A stretch of DNA of 26,995 nt from Chthoniobacteraceae bacterium (lineage in GTDB: Bacteria > Verrucomicrobiota > Verrucomicrobiia > Chthoniobacterales > Chthoniobacteraceae). Position numbers and translations under genes: made by a program. The stretch is taken from the NCBI GenBank assembly GCA_040081625.1, contig JBEBGD010000075.1, positions 1 to 26,995 of the forward strand, written 5' to 3'. Below, in pieces: positions 26,831 to 26,995 of this stretch (the stretch's first letter is position 1; the number at the start of each line of letters is the position of its first letter). The notes below the pieces were generated by a model. It saw only the letters and a program-made list of their open reading frames with translations, was not told the origin of the DNA and did not search any database.

Positions 26831-26995
26831 TCCGGCTACAGCGCTTCGAACCGGTGCGCCGATCCACGTCCGCGGCGACGACTTTTTCAAGTTGCGCCAG
26901 CCGCGCGGCCGAGGCCCCGCCGCCCGGTTGCGATCCTTGCGTCGCACAGCCGGCCGCGAGCAGCATCGCAGCGATAGTTGCCAGGAATCTGACTG
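26763..26995 (-). CDS. Possible small lipoprotein, 5' end outside window
   Basis: Frame reads VRFLATIAAMLLAAGCATQ (lipobox), but its 3' end overlaps the convergent gene by 68 bp, so it may be truncated or spurious. Confidence 0.35.
   Translation of the reverse strand, partial: VRFLATIAAMLLAAGCATQGSQPGGGASAARLAQLEKVVAADVDRRTGSKRCSRITFSPWSWWSWWSSSPRSPGPS

Overview
GC-rich (roughly two-thirds G+C by eye) chromosomal window; gene content and style suggest Verrucomicrobiota, possibly Chthoniobacter-like (inference). Left part, minus strand: secG, an OppA-type peptide-binding lipoprotein, a lipid A acyltransferase-heptosyltransferase fusion, and a moxR-DUF58-DUF4381-batA-batB/C-batD-batE operon. 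Middle: sugar-phosphate isomerase, L,D-transpeptidase, marR-tolC-pgeF, a cNMP-binding protein, tRNA-Ser(GCT) and fabH. Right: a stress/signalling cluster (DUF1328, DUF3309, CsbD, ECF sigma, sigma54 response regulator, CHASE3 hybrid kinase, sensorless kinase-like protein, single REC, REC-PP2C). The most striking signal: a four-helix-bundle (23S rRNA IVS-protein/Avd-like family) gene sits inside the moxR operon, bracketed by 32-bp inverted repeats built from GTGATCG heptamers with an apparent AT duplication. The same or analogous short-period arrays recur within about 6 kb, as gene-less inverted pairs in intergenic gaps and as in-frame insertions in genes. This suggests a repeat-bounded mobile or RNA-looping cassette family (inference).
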